63,054 nucleotides of DNA, taken from NCBI GenBank assembly GCA_949286465.1, contig CASECI010000003.1:1-63054 (forward strand), written 5' to 3'. This DNA is from an uncultured Alphaproteobacteria bacterium. GTDB lineage: Bacteria; Pseudomonadota; Alphaproteobacteria; CAAHEQ01; UBA3637. The notes beneath the pieces were generated by a model. The model made no database searches. It worked only from the letters and a program-made list of their open reading frames with translations, and had not been told where the DNA came from. The position numbers were made by a program, and so were the translations under genes. Positions 18,639 through 29,167 of the stretch are shown piece after piece. Numbering within the stretch: the stretch's first letter is position 1; each line of letters begins with the position of its first letter.

Positions 18639-19967
18639 TTACATCTTTTGGTCTTGTTGGCGATAAATTGCAATAGATGTTAGAATATCCATAGCACGAT
18701 CTAATTGATAATCTGTTTTTTCTTCTTGTTCTTTAGCTTCTGTTTCAGAAGAAGATTTTGTTTCAGCTTTTGGGTCTTTAACTGAGTTTTGTTTATTTTT
18801 TTCTCCTTCTTGTTGTCCCAAAGCTTTTGGTAAATTAGATTCACTATATCCTTCAATAATTGGAAGTTCTTTTATTTCTGCTCGAGGAATGATAACATCA
18901 GGTTCGATCCCTTTAGCTTGAATAGAACGACCTGATGGAGTGTAATATCGAGCTGTTGTTAATTTAATAGCTCCATATCCAGGAATAGGTTTTACACTTT
19001 GAACTGAGCCTTTTCCAAAAGATGGAGTACCTACAAGGACAGCTCTTTTATGATCTTGTAAAGCCCCTGCAACAATTTCTGAAGCAGATGCAGAACCTTC
19101 ATTGATAATAACAACAATAGGCAATCCGTTTGTTAAATCTCCTTTTGTCGCCGATAAACGCATTGTATCTTCAGGGATACGAGAACGTGTTGATACAATT
19201 TCTCCCTCATTTAAGAAAGTATCGGCAACACCAACAGCTTGGTCGAGAAGACCACCCGGATTATTTCTTAGGTCTAAAATGAATCCTTTAAGTTTATCTT
19301 TTCCAACTTGTTTGGTAATTTCCTTGATAGCTTTTTCAACATGATTTGTTGTTGTATCACTGAAAGTAATGATACGAATGTATCCAATATCATTTTCTGC
19401 ACGATACTTTACAGATTCTATTTTAATAATATCACGTTTCATTGTGACATCAAAAGGTTCTTCATTTTTCCGACGAATCGTTAATTTGATTTTAGAATTT
19501 GGCTTTCCTCTCATTTTATCAACAGCGTCATTGAGGGTCATTCCCATAACAGCCGTTCCATCAATGTGTGTAATTAAGTCACCAGGTTGTATTCCTGCTT
19601 TGAATGCTGGCGTATCGTCAATTGGAGAAACAACACGGACAAGCCCATTTTCCATTGTCACTTCAATACCAAGTCCACCAAATTCACCTTTAGTTTGAAC
19701 TTGCATATCATTAAAAGATTCATCATCCAAGAAACCAGAATGAGGATCTAAAGAAGTCAACATGCCATTAATTGCGGCCTCTATGAGTTCTCTGTCCGAC
19801 GTTTCATCGACATAATCTGTTCGAACTGATTGAAAGGCAGCTCCAAATAATTCTAATAATAAATAAGGATCATCTTTTACGGTTTTTTCTTTTGTGGGTT
19901 TATCTGCAAAACAAGGCCCTGTTAATAAAAGTAAGCAAGTACAAGAAGCTAATAATAATTTTTTCAT
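18639..19967 (-). CDS. ctpA: Carboxy-terminal processing protease (S41)
   Basis: 442 aa with a signal peptide, a PDZ domain (GIQPGDLITHIDG), and LRNNPGGLL and INEGSASASEI motifs. Confidence 0.9.
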   Translation of the reverse strand: MKKLLLASCTCLLLLTGPCFADKPTKEKTVKDDPYLLLELFGAAFQSVRTDYVDETSDRELIEAAINGMLTSLDPHSGFLDDESFNDMQVQTKGEFGGLGIEVTMENGLVRVVSPIDDTPAFKAGIQPGDLITHIDGTAVMGMTLNDAVDKMRGKPNSKIKLTIRRKNEEPFDVTMKRDIIKIESVKYRAENDIGYIRIITFSDTTTNHVEKAIKEITKQVGKDKLKGFILDLRNNPGGLLDQAVGVADTFLNEGEIVSTRSRIPEDTMRLSATKGDLTNGLPIVVIINEGSASASEIVAGALQDHKRAVLVGTPSFGKGSVQSVKPIPGYGAIKLTTARYYTPSGRSIQAKGIEPDVIIPRAEIKELPIIEGYSESNLPKALGQQEGEKNKQNSVKDPKAETKSSSETEAKEQEEKTDYQLDRAMDILTSIAIYRQQDQKM

Positions 19968-21155
19968 TTATTTCCCCTTTTTCTTTTGATTCGCAGCAAA
20001 CCAACTTGTCGGATTGATCGGTTGGCCGTCTTTTCTAAATTCAATATATAACTTTTGTGGACCACTTGTCGACATATTTCCGACAGGTTCTCCTGTTAAA
20101 ATATCTTGTTCTACATTTGCTTGAATATCTCCAAGCCCAGCCATAAGAGAATGATATCCTTCTCCGTGTTCTACAATAATAAGATTACCATAGCTTTTAA
20201 ATGGCCCCGCAAATAAAACGGTTCCATCAAATGGAGCAACAACTTGAGCTCCAGCTCTTGTTTGGAGAGTTATGCCTTTGGCGGTTAATCCAGAATCTAA
20301 TTTTTCTCCGTAAGTTTGAATAATTTGTCCTCGAACTGGTAATGGTAGATTTCCTTTTGATTTTCTGAAGGCTGTATCATTTCGTGCAGGCATCGGAATG
20401 TTAAAAATAGGTTTTTGCTTATGAGCTAAAGATAATGTTTTTCGTCTTTCTCTCTCTAATTTTTGTAATAAGTCTTGTAAATCTTTTGCTTGCTTTCCTA
20501 ATTCTATGCTTTTACGTTTTGCTTGTTGACTTTCTGTTTCAAAGTGTGTTTGTAAGATGAATTTTTGTTTCATCAGTTTTTCCATGTTACTTTTTTCATC
20601 AGCAAGACGTTGTGAAGCAACTTTTATCTGAGCTGATTGAGCGCGTAAAGCAGCTTGAAGTGAATTTAAAGTATCTAAATCTTGTCTTAACTTTTCCGTT
20701 TGAGCTTGCAGAGGGGCTCTTCCTTCTTTTAAAAGAATAGAAGTTCTTAATGCTTGGATGGGATTATTTTGTTGGAAAAATAGAGTATTTGGCGGATTAA
20801 TAGCCATTTTTTGTAAGGCACTCATAAGGCCAACAAGTTGTTTTTGTCTCAGGAGCAATCGTGTATTAATTTTATTTTCTTCTTCTTGAAGTTCAGCTTG
20901 TTTTTTTTCTAATTTAGTCAGCGTCTCTTCAAAGTCTTGAACAGTCTGCGCCGCTTCCACCATTTTTTTTTGGACAGAGGAGACTTCAGAGGCAACATCT
21001 TGAGCTTTTTTGTGTAATGCTCGATGCATTTGCTGCTCTTCTTTAATTTGAGCCTGTAATTTTTTTAAGTCATTTGTGGACGGAGCTGCATAACTCATTA
21101 TGTTGAGCCCTGTTAAGAGTATCAATAAACAAAAAAAGATGCAGCTCTGTCTCAA
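19968..21155 (-). CDS. Coiled-coil M23/LytM peptidase (EnvC-like murein hydrolase activator)
   Basis: 395 aa with a signal peptide, a long Q/E/K-rich coiled coil and a C-terminal LytM-like domain (GNLIIVEHGEGYHSLMAG). Confidence 0.8.
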   Translation of the reverse strand: MRQSCIFFCLLILLTGLNIMSYAAPSTNDLKKLQAQIKEEQQMHRALHKKAQDVASEVSSVQKKMVEAAQTVQDFEETLTKLEKKQAELQEEENKINTRLLLRQKQLVGLMSALQKMAINPPNTLFFQQNNPIQALRTSILLKEGRAPLQAQTEKLRQDLDTLNSLQAALRAQSAQIKVASQRLADEKSNMEKLMKQKFILQTHFETESQQAKRKSIELGKQAKDLQDLLQKLERERRKTLSLAHKQKPIFNIPMPARNDTAFRKSKGNLPLPVRGQIIQTYGEKLDSGLTAKGITLQTRAGAQVVAPFDGTVLFAGPFKSYGNLIIVEHGEGYHSLMAGLGDIQANVEQDILTGEPVGNMSTSGPQKLYIEFRKDGQPINPTSWFAANQKKKGK

Positions 21156-21159
21156 AATC

Positions 21160-22701
21160 TTAGCCTTTTTTTAACAAAGAATGGCCCGTCATTTCTTCTG
21201 GCTTAGAGAGATTCATTAAGTCTAATAAAGTAGGAGCTATATCAGCTAAACGTCCCTCTTCTAATCCAACAATATCTTTAGGTGGACAAACTAAAACAGC
21301 TTTCACAGGAAGAGTTGTATGAGCCGTATAAGGAGCTCCAGTTGTTTCATCTTTCATCAGCTCAGCATTGCCGTGATCCGCTGTTACAAGCATGGTCCCG
21401 CCAACTTCGCAGACAGCTTTTTCGACTCTTCCTATACATTCATCGACAGCTTCGACAGCTTTTACTGCCGCTTCCATAATGCCGGTATGTCCAACCATGT
21501 CTCCATTTGCGTAATTGACGATAATCGCATCAAATTTCTTAGATAAAATTGCTTCAACAAGTTTATCTGTCACCTCATAGGCAGACATTTCTGGCTTTAA
21601 GTCATAGGTTGCCACTTTAGGGCTAGGAACTAAAATACGTTCTTCGCCTTTAAACATTTTTTCTTCTCCGCCATTAAAAAAGAAAGTGACATGAGCATAT
21701 TTCTCTGTTTCGGCAATTCTCAATTGTGTTTTGTTATTTTCTTCTAAAACTTCTCCAAAGATATGCTTTAACTCGACAGGTGGAAAGAGTGTTTTCAGCC
21801 ATTGTTTATGTGCTTCAGAATATTCAGCCATACCAACAGCGATTGAAAAATGAATAGTTTTTGTTCTTTCAGCTTTATCAAAAGAAGGATTTAAAAGCAT
21901 CTCTAAGATTTCACGAGCTCTATCAGAACGATAGTTGACCATTAAAACGGCATCACCATCTTTCATGCCACTATAATCTCCAATAACTACAGGCTTCATA
22001 AATTCGTCAGTGATACCAGCATCATAAGAAGCTTTAATGGCCTCATCAGGAGTAGAAAAACGAGGAGCGTCTGCATTTACTAAGGCATTGTAAGCTAATG
22101 TAATACGTTCCCAACGATTGTCACGATCCATTGCGTAATATCTTCCGCTAATAACTGTAATTTTTGTGTTTTTTAAATTTTTTGTTTCTTCTAAAAATTG
22201 TTGAACATAGCCTCTTCCAGAATCAGGAGGTGTATCTCGGCCGTCTAGATAAGCATCAATATATACAGGAATACCAGCTTCATCTAGAATCTGAGCAAGA
22301 GCAATAAAGTGATTCATATGAGAATGAACCCCCCCTGGTGACATTAAGCCCATTAAATGGCAATGTCCTTTTGTTTCTTTTAATTTAGAAATCAAATCTA
22401 ATAAAACAGGATTATTTTTTATGGCCCCGCTTTTAATAGCTTCATCAATTCGAGGTAAATCCTGCATCACAACTCTACCAGCCCCTAAATTTGTGTGCCC
22501 TACTTCTGAATTGCCCATTTGACCATCGGGCAAACCGACGTCTAAGCCAGATGTATGAATAGTTGCTGTTGGGTATTCTTTGAGCCAACGATGCCAGTTC
22601 GGCGTATTTCCAGTCTCTATCGCATTATCTTTTTTTTCTGCGCGATATCCCCAGCCATCTAAAACACAAAGGATAACTGGTTTTGGTGTTTGTTGTGTCA
22701 T
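21160..22701 (-). CDS. gpmI: 2,3-bisphosphoglycerate-independent phosphoglycerate mutase
   Basis: 513 aa. Contains ILCVLDGWG, NSEVGHTNLGAGR and ADHGNAE. Confidence 0.95.
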   Translation of the reverse strand: MTQQTPKPVILCVLDGWGYRAEKKDNAIETGNTPNWHRWLKEYPTATIHTSGLDVGLPDGQMGNSEVGHTNLGAGRVVMQDLPRIDEAIKSGAIKNNPVLLDLISKLKETKGHCHLMGLMSPGGVHSHMNHFIALAQILDEAGIPVYIDAYLDGRDTPPDSGRGYVQQFLEETKNLKNTKITVISGRYYAMDRDNRWERITLAYNALVNADAPRFSTPDEAIKASYDAGITDEFMKPVVIGDYSGMKDGDAVLMVNYRSDRAREILEMLLNPSFDKAERTKTIHFSIAVGMAEYSEAHKQWLKTLFPPVELKHIFGEVLEENNKTQLRIAETEKYAHVTFFFNGGEEKMFKGEERILVPSPKVATYDLKPEMSAYEVTDKLVEAILSKKFDAIIVNYANGDMVGHTGIMEAAVKAVEAVDECIGRVEKAVCEVGGTMLVTADHGNAELMKDETTGAPYTAHTTLPVKAVLVCPPKDIVGLEEGRLADIAPTLLDLMNLSKPEEMTGHSLLKKG

Positions 22702-22796
22702 ATTATCTTTCCTTTCTTTTTTATTTTTACTTAATATAAGATGAAATCTGAAAAAAAGGGAGTCTTTTTTAAAATTTTCTTATCTTATCGAAAAGC

Positions 22797-23567
22797 ATGA
22801 GTTGCTTTTTTGTGGAAAACAAGATAAAGTCAAGTCAAAAGTTATTGTGGTTAGGGAGAATTGCCAAAATGGGCTCTTTTGTATTTGCTTTTTTATTTGG
22901 GTTGAGTGTTCCTTTTATTGCAAGTAGATTTGGTAAGTTTTTACCAAGTGATCCTGGTACGACTTTGGCAATGATTTGGCATAGACCTCGATTTCCTAAA
23001 GGAATCTCTCGACGACGGATACCTCTTTTAAAACAAAAGTGGGCAGAGCTTATTTGTTATGGAATGATGTGGGGATTCCTTCTGGCCTTTTTTTTCCGTG
23101 TTAGTGATGTCACATTCGCTCCAGAAACTCAACTTTGGGTTCGAATGTTTTTTTGTATTACAGCTCTTTTAACAGCTATTGATGATCAATATTTTTTGCT
23201 GCCAGATGTTTTAACTGTTCCACTCTTATTCTTGGGATTTGGATTTAGTATTTGGGGAGGAGAAATTACTCCACAAATGAGCTTTTTTGGGGCTCTTTAT
23301 GGGTACTTATTGCCAACTCTTTCTGTATTCCTTGTCCATCCTTTTATAAAAGATAGCTTCGGTGGTGGAGATGTCAAAATGTTGACAGCTTTAGGGGCTT
23401 GGTTTGGCTTCTTCGGATTAAGTGTATTATTAATGATTTCTGTATGTTCCTTTTCTGTATGGTCAATTTGTATGAAAAAAAGAAGTGGAGCATATGGACC
23501 ACATCTTACTTTTGGGGCAATTCTAACGTTATTTTTACTTCATTTTCACTTAATTGATTTTTTTTAA
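22797..23567 (+). CDS. Prepilin peptidase (A24 aspartic protease), short form without the Cys-rich N-methyltransferase region
   Basis: AIDDQYFLLPD and FGGGDVKMLTALGAWFG are the two catalytic-Asp motifs, in a polytopic membrane protein. No CxxC pairs are present. An alternative start is ATG 22869. Confidence 0.75.
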   Translation: MSCFFVENKIKSSQKLLWLGRIAKMGSFVFAFLFGLSVPFIASRFGKFLPSDPGTTLAMIWHRPRFPKGISRRRIPLLKQKWAELICYGMMWGFLLAFFFRVSDVTFAPETQLWVRMFFCITALLTAIDDQYFLLPDVLTVPLLFLGFGFSIWGGEITPQMSFFGALYGYLLPTLSVFLVHPFIKDSFGGGDVKMLTALGAWFGFFGLSVLLMISVCSFSVWSICMKKRSGAYGPHLTFGAILTLFLLHFHLIDFF

Positions 23568-23629
23568 TAAAGTGATTGAAAATTTATAAAATTTTGCTAG
23601 GATGTTATATCATAATAAAAGGTTGAAAA

Positions 23630-24454
23630 ATGGCTAAAGTGAATCAAATTGATGCTCCTTCTGATGACGAACCTAAAAAAGAAGAAGAAAAAACTTTGAA
23701 AGTTGGCCAAATTCTGGCTAAAGCTCGCCAAAAAAGACGGCGCGAAATTAAACGTATTGCTGAACAATTATGTATTCGGCCTTCTTATCTGGAGGCTTTA
23801 GAAAATAGTCAATATGGTGTCTTCCCCGGTCATGTCTATGCTATTGGGTTCCTAAAAACTTATGCAACATATTTGGGCTTAGATGCAGATGAATTGGTAG
23901 ATATGTATAAAAAAGAAACTGATTTTATGCCCCCTGAGCCAGTTATTATGCCTATCCCTGAAAGATCAAGTATGATGCCAACTTTAAAGTATCTATTTAT
24001 TGGCATTTTAATTATTTCAATTGTTTGGGTTATTTGGTATTTTGCCTCTTATGCGGAAGTAGAGAAAAAAGCCGTTCTTCCGCCGATTGTTGAAAAAGAA
24101 GAAATAACCTTAATCCCTGAAGTCGTTGATGAGGTTACTTCTCCTATTGAAGATCAAGAAATTGTAGAGGAAAAAAGTGAGCCATCTCTTCCTCCATCTA
24201 GCCGTATTCAAATTATAGCAAAAGAAGATGTTTGGTTGGAAATTCAAGATGAAGATATGTTTATTTTTAATCGGGTGTTAAAAGCAGGCGAAACTTTCGA
24301 TGTCCCTCAAAACAGCGACAATATGTTATTAAAGACTGGAAATGCTGGAGGAATGGATATTTTGGTAGATGGTGAGAAAATAAAGCCATTAGGACCTTCA
24401 GGAGCTGTACGTTCACGGATTAAATTATCTCCAGATTCTTTGAAAAATCACTAG
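23630..24454 (+). CDS. rodZ: RodZ-like helix-turn-helix membrane protein (HTH plus TM plus C-terminal DUF4115-like domain)
   Basis: 274 aa. It has an N-terminal HTH (VGQILAKARQ...IAEQLCIRPSYLEALE), a single TM segment and a C-terminal GNAGGMDILVDG region. The symbol is tentative. Confidence 0.6.
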   Translation: MAKVNQIDAPSDDEPKKEEEKTLKVGQILAKARQKRRREIKRIAEQLCIRPSYLEALENSQYGVFPGHVYAIGFLKTYATYLGLDADELVDMYKKETDFMPPEPVIMPIPERSSMMPTLKYLFIGILIISIVWVIWYFASYAEVEKKAVLPPIVEKEEITLIPEVVDEVTSPIEDQEIVEEKSEPSLPPSSRIQIIAKEDVWLEIQDEDMFIFNRVLKAGETFDVPQNSDNMLLKTGNAGGMDILVDGEKIKPLGPSGAVRSRIKLSPDSLKNH

Positions 24455-24534
24455 CAAATTTTTCTGAAAGAGAAGAGGGATAAAAAATATCCCTCTCTTA
24501 AACTGTTTTATAGCAAGAAATTAAAGAGGTCAAG

Positions 24535-25611
24535 ATGAGTTTTGAGATGAAATTAGAGACAATTATTGAGCGTTATGAAGAGTTAAACGCTCTTTTATCT
24601 GAAACAACAGATGGTTCAATGATTGTAAAACTTTCTAAAGAACAAAGCCAACTAGAAGATGTTGTTACAGTTGGAAAAAAATGGAAAAAAATGCATGCAG
24701 ATTTTTTGGAAGCAGAAGCAATGATGAAGGAGGCGGAAGATCCCGAATTAAAGGCCTTAGCCACAGAAGAATATTATGCTTTAAAGGAAGAGTTACCTAA
24801 AGTAGAACAAGAAGTTAAATTGCTATTATTGCCTAAGGATGCTGCAGATGAAAAGAATGCGATTTTAGAAGTTCGAGCAGGAACAGGCGGTGAAGAAGCC
24901 GCTTTATTTGCAGCAGATCTTTTCCGTATGTATGAGCGTTATGCAGCTTTTAAAGGCTGGCGTTTCGAGCCAATGGAATTGAACGAAACAGGATTAGGAG
25001 GGTATAAAGAAGCAGTTGCACGCATTTCAGGAAATAACGTATTTGCTCACTTAAAGTTTGAATCAGGAGCTCACCGCGTTCAACGCGTTCCAGAAACAGA
25101 AGCGAGTGGTCGTGTCCATACTTCTGCGGCAACAGTTGCTATTTTGCCAGAGGCGGAGGATGTAGATATCCATATTGATGAGGAGAGAGATGTTAAAATG
25201 GAAGTTTTCCGTTCTTCTGGTGCTGGTGGTCAACATGTCAATAAGACATCGAGTGCTGTTAGACTTATCCATATCCCGACAGGAATTGTTGTCGAATGCC
25301 AAGAAGAACGTTCTCAATTTAAAAACCGTGATAAAGCGATGGCTCGATTAAGAGCAAAGTTGTATGATATTGAACGGCGTAAAATTGAAGAGGAACAATC
25401 TTCTTCAAGAAAAGAACAAGTTGGTTCTGGAGACCGTTCAGAAAGAATTAGAACTTATAATTATCCGCAAGGACGTGTCACAGATCATCGTATTAATCTC
25501 ACAATTTATCAATTAGATGAAGTGATGGCCGGTCCAGGATTAGACCAGTTTATTAAGGCCCTAATTGAGGATGACCAGTTGTCAAAATTGGCTACTTTTG
25601 AAAATGGATAA
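24535..25611 (+). CDS. prfA: Peptide chain release factor 1
   Basis: 358 aa. Contains the PET-type tripeptide region (RVQRVPETE) and [11 protein letters not shown] (the GGQ motif). Confidence 0.95.
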   Translation: MSFEMKLETIIERYEELNALLSETTDGSMIVKLSKEQSQLEDVVTVGKKWKKMHADFLEAEAMMKEAEDPELKALATEEYYALKEELPKVEQEVKLLLLPKDAADEKNAILEVRAGTGGEEAALFAADLFRMYERYAAFKGWRFEPMELNETGLGGYKEAVARISGNNVFAHLKFESGAHRVQRVPETEASGRVHTSAATVAILPEAEDVDIHIDEERDVKMEVFRSSGAGGQHVNKTSSAVRLIHIPTGIVVECQEERSQFKNRDKAMARLRAKLYDIERRKIEEEQSSSRKEQVGSGDRSERIRTYNYPQGRVTDHRINLTIYQLDEVMAGPGLDQFIKALIEDDQLSKLATFENG

Positions 25612-26398
25612 CATAGTTTATAAGATTGCCGAAAAATTAAAAAAGAGTTCAGACACCCCTTTTTTAGATGCGCGTTATTTTGTTGCAGAAACAACAGATG
25701 AAATATTGTTAAACAATTTTATAGCTCGACGTCAGCAAGGAGAGCCGGTTGCTAAGATTATTGGGCATAAAGGCTTTTGGTCATTAGAGTTAAAGGTTTC
25801 TTCAGATACCTTAGATCCTCGGCCTGATTCTGAAACGATAATTGATGCCGTTTTACATTATTTCCCTGACAGAAAACAAAAGTTACGAATTTTAGATATG
25901 GGAACGGGAAGTGGATGTTTATTACTAGCTTTATTAAGTGAGTATACGAATGCAGAAGGAATTGGAATAGATTTTTCAAAAAAAGCTCTTAAAATTGCCA
26001 AAGAAAATGGAAAACAATGTAAGCGGGCTATTTTTATGGAGAAAGATTGGACGACAAAAGATTGGTTTAAAGATTTGGGAACTTTCGATGTTGTCGTTTC
26101 AAATCCTCCATATATTCCTACGCAAGATATCATAGGTTTAGATAAGGAGGTACGTTTATATGATCCTTATGTCGCTTTAGATGGAGGAGAAGATGGTTTA
26201 GAGGCCTATCGGGCTATTTTTAAAAATATATCTTATATTTCTCAACCAAACACTTTTTTCTTTTTTGAAATTGGGAAGGGTCAAGAAAATGATGTGATAA
26301 ACTTAGCACATCAAGTTAATCTAGAAATAGTCGAACAAAAATTAGATTTAGGAAATATTATTCGTTGTTTAGTTTTTAAGAAAAAAGCGGCAAAATAA
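25604..26398 (+). CDS. prmC: Release factor glutamine N5-methyltransferase
   Basis: DMGTGSGCL and VSNPPYI motifs. ATG 25604 overlaps the prfA stop (ATGGATAA). The ORF track's upstream start at 25565 is less likely. Confidence 0.88.
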   Translation: MDNIVYKIAEKLKKSSDTPFLDARYFVAETTDEILLNNFIARRQQGEPVAKIIGHKGFWSLELKVSSDTLDPRPDSETIIDAVLHYFPDRKQKLRILDMGTGSGCLLLALLSEYTNAEGIGIDFSKKALKIAKENGKQCKRAIFMEKDWTTKDWFKDLGTFDVVVSNPPYIPTQDIIGLDKEVRLYDPYVALDGGEDGLEAYRAIFKNISYISQPNTFFFFEIGKGQENDVINLAHQVNLEIVEQKLDLGNIIRCLVFKKKAAK

Positions 26399-26411
26399 AT
26401 CGCCGCTTTTT
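26381..26411. terminator. Bidirectional hairpin between prmC and the antiporter gene
   Basis: AAAAAAGCGGC, a 10-nt loop containing the prmC stop codon, then GCCGCTTTTT. Confidence 0.55.
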
Positions 26412-26427
26412 AAGATCAGAAGGCTCA

Positions 26428-27912
26428 TTAAATTTTAATAATACCACGGATAAGGGCGTAAATTGCAAATAAGGCAAACCCGATAAATATGATTGCTAGT
26501 GCAATTTCTTCTTTCGTAAAGACAGGTTGATTTTTATCCTGTTGTTTTCTTGCCCAAATATAAATAGGAATTCCTAAAGCAATTAAAATAGCAGCCATAA
26601 GGAGGTAGTTTAATCCCGCAGCATAAATAAGCCATATCGCATAAATAGAGCCAAATATACTTGTAATCAATGCTGTAGATCTTTTTGTCGGGGTATTAGA
26701 TGGATACTCTCCGTCCTCACAAATTTTCCATAAATAGGCGGTACTTGTTAAATAGGCCGGTAAAACCATCACCGCAGTAATCGAAAGCATCATGTTCCAC
26801 GCATTGTTGGAAAAATAGACAAGAAGCATGCCTAATTGCATGGCTAAGCTTGTAATCCACAAAGAAGTTGATGGGGAACCTGCCTCGTTTTCTTTGGAAA
26901 AAGCTTTAGGCATTGTTCCATCATTTGCCATTGATTGAGGCATTTGAGCCGTAATCATTGTCCATGCTAACCAGCTTGCTAGTGTTGCAACGATTAATCC
27001 TATGTTCATTAACCAAGCACCCCATGGCCCAACAGCTTTTTCAAGAACTCCTGCTGTGGATGGGTCAGGAATTCCCGCTAATTCTGCTTGCGACATGAAA
27101 CCATACGGCAATACTGATAATAGGACATAAATAATCAAGCAACCTAAGAATCCAATTAATGTTGCTTTACCTACATCGGATTGACTTTTGGCTCGATTAG
27201 ATAAAACAACGGCTCCTTCAATACCAATAAAGGCCCATAATGTTACAAGCATTGTGCTTTTAACTTGTTCTGTTACAGAACCAAGAGATTTTACTTTCCC
27301 ACTAATCGCTTCCCCCCAGAAATCAAAATCAAATTTATCAATATTGAAGAAGAAAAGTAAGATGATAATGAATAAGAAAAGAGGAACCATTTTTGCAATC
27401 GTTCCAATTAAGTTGACAAGGCTTGCTTGTTGCATTCCTCTTAAAACTAAGAAATTAAATCCCCAAATTAAAAGAGAGCCTCCTATGATGGAGTAAAGAT
27501 TATTGCCGCCTGTGAAAACGCCTGGGAAAAAATAGTCTAAGGCGTCCATTGTAATAACAGCATATCCAACGTTGCCGAAAACTTGACATAACCAATAGGA
27601 CCAGCCGATAGTAAAACCCATATATGAGCCGAACCCTTCTTTACTATACATATAAATTCCTGTTGTTAAATCAGGTTTTGCCATAGATAGAATTCTGAAA
27701 GAATTAGCAATAAAATACATGCCGAGGCCTGTTACAAGCCAAGCAATAAGGACTGCTCCAATTGAAGCGCTTTGAGCCATATTTTGAGGTAAGCTAAAAA
27801 TGCCTCCTCCAATCATTGAGCTGATAACAATACCAGCAAGCCCAAATACGCCCATTTTCCCAGCGGTTGACATAGAAGCTGGTTTTGAGGATGCATTTTT
27901 GTTTTGTGTCAT
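26428..27912 (-). CDS. aaxC: APC-superfamily basic amino acid/polyamine antiporter (ArcD/AaxC type); probable arginine/agmatine antiporter
   Basis: 494 aa with about 13 TM segments. SSMIGGGIFSLPQNMAQSAS...GFGSYMGFTIGWSYW...FLVLRG closely resembles ArcD-family antiporters. It lies immediately downstream of the pyruvoyl decarboxylase gene. Confidence 0.75.
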   Translation of the reverse strand: MTQNKNASSKPASMSTAGKMGVFGLAGIVISSMIGGGIFSLPQNMAQSASIGAVLIAWLVTGLGMYFIANSFRILSMAKPDLTTGIYMYSKEGFGSYMGFTIGWSYWLCQVFGNVGYAVITMDALDYFFPGVFTGGNNLYSIIGGSLLIWGFNFLVLRGMQQASLVNLIGTIAKMVPLFLFIIILLFFFNIDKFDFDFWGEAISGKVKSLGSVTEQVKSTMLVTLWAFIGIEGAVVLSNRAKSQSDVGKATLIGFLGCLIIYVLLSVLPYGFMSQAELAGIPDPSTAGVLEKAVGPWGAWLMNIGLIVATLASWLAWTMITAQMPQSMANDGTMPKAFSKENEAGSPSTSLWITSLAMQLGMLLVYFSNNAWNMMLSITAVMVLPAYLTSTAYLWKICEDGEYPSNTPTKRSTALITSIFGSIYAIWLIYAAGLNYLLMAAILIALGIPIYIWARKQQDKNQPVFTKEEIALAIIFIGFALFAIYALIRGIIKI

Positions 27913-27977
27913 TTCTTTTACCTCTTTTAAACAAGTAAGGAGTGGCTTTTAGAGCTACTCCTTATTTCATTATTCTT

Positions 27978-28568
27978 TTATTTCTCTACTTCTACAACAG
28001 GTGCGTATTCGAAATTTAAAAAACCTAAAGCAGTTAGAGAATATGCAAAATTTTGAGTGATATTAATGTAATTGTGGAAAAATTGAAAATCGCTATGCTT
28101 GTCTACATTACGTAATTCTAACTCGTGATTCATTGATTTTGTTAACCACATTTCCGCATGAGATTTAGCAATGTCGTCGTCTATATAAGTATCGAAGTAT
28201 TCGACATATTCTGCAGCCCAACCTCCCAGGAACTTACCTTTTTTATCTTTGCCCCATACAATTCCAATTCCTGTGGCAATTGCTTTGTGGTCTTCAATTC
28301 TAGCCCCATTTCCTGCCATAATCACTTCTAAAACAGCTCCATGCTTAAAATTCTTTTCTACTTTTTCAACAGGAACTATATTGCCAAACAATTCTGGAGG
28401 AAGAACAGAAGTATATGGAATAACATTAAAATCATGAATTTTTGCTTCTTTTAGTGCAGAATCGTAACAAAATGTTTCAAATGGTTGTGGAGGTATCCCA
28501 TCATCTGCTTGTCCTACACCACCCGTGTGGAATGCTAAGGTTGGATAACGTGTTCCAAGTGTTGTCAT
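27978..28568 (-). CDS. aaxB: Pyruvoyl-dependent arginine decarboxylase, Chlamydia AaxB type
   Basis: 196 aa. [15 protein letters not shown]...[14 protein letters not shown]...[12 protein letters not shown] contains a Thr-Ser self-cleavage site, and [10 protein letters not shown] and GGWAAEYVE are present. From memory it is near-collinear with chlamydial AaxB. Confidence 0.8.
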   Translation of the reverse strand: MTTLGTRYPTLAFHTGGVGQADDGIPPQPFETFCYDSALKEAKIHDFNVIPYTSVLPPELFGNIVPVEKVEKNFKHGAVLEVIMAGNGARIEDHKAIATGIGIVWGKDKKGKFLGGWAAEYVEYFDTYIDDDIAKSHAEMWLTKSMNHELELRNVDKHSDFQFFHNYINITQNFAYSLTALGFLNFEYAPVVEVEK

Positions 28569-28778
28569 TCTTTTATCTCCTTTTATCTATTATGGTTAAA
28601 TACATTTTAGTTGTAAAAAAGTTATAAGACTATTTTAAATACAACTAAAAATAGAATAATAAGAACAATATTTCCTGTCAATCATATTTTATTATGCTGA
28701 AAATAGTCAATATATGTCTTGATAATTCAATTTTTAGTTGATATATATAAACTGTTCTATATGAAGGAGGGCTATTAG

Positions 28779-29156
28779 ATGAACTTAAGATTAATTGGTT
28801 TTTTTATATTGGGAGGTTTCCTTTTAACATCTTGTCAATCTGTTCATAGTTATGATGATATGCTGCATGCATGGCTAGGACAATCAGAAGCTCAACTTGT
28901 TGCCACATGGGGAGCTCCTGTTGATATGCAAACGATAGCGCCTGGCCGCCAGCTGTTCACTTACATTAAGGAGAAGCAAGTATATGTTCCGGGAGAAGCT
29001 CCTAATTATACGGCATTAGGTGAAGATTCAGAATATGATACCTATGGAGATTCTTTAGGAGAAACATTCGATTATTATTGTAAAACAACATTTACAACTC
29101 AAGATGATATCATCGTTGACTATTCTTGGAACGGTGACGGGTGTTTAGTGAAGTAG
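28779..29156 (+). CDS. Hypothetical lipoprotein
   Basis: 125 aa. It has a signal peptide with the lipobox LLTSC and an SD, GGAGG, upstream. Confidence 0.55.
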   Translation: MNLRLIGFFILGGFLLTSCQSVHSYDDMLHAWLGQSEAQLVATWGAPVDMQTIAPGRQLFTYIKEKQVYVPGEAPNYTALGEDSEYDTYGDSLGETFDYYCKTTFTTQDDIIVDYSWNGDGCLVK

Positions 29157-29167
29157 GGAAAAGGGAG

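Noticed and set aside
27913-27977. Hairpin (AAGGAGT..ACTCCTT) between aaxB and aaxC as a possible attenuator
   Set aside because: It is only a 7-bp stem with a 13-nt loop and has no T-run. It is more likely incidental or a minor mRNA-stability element.
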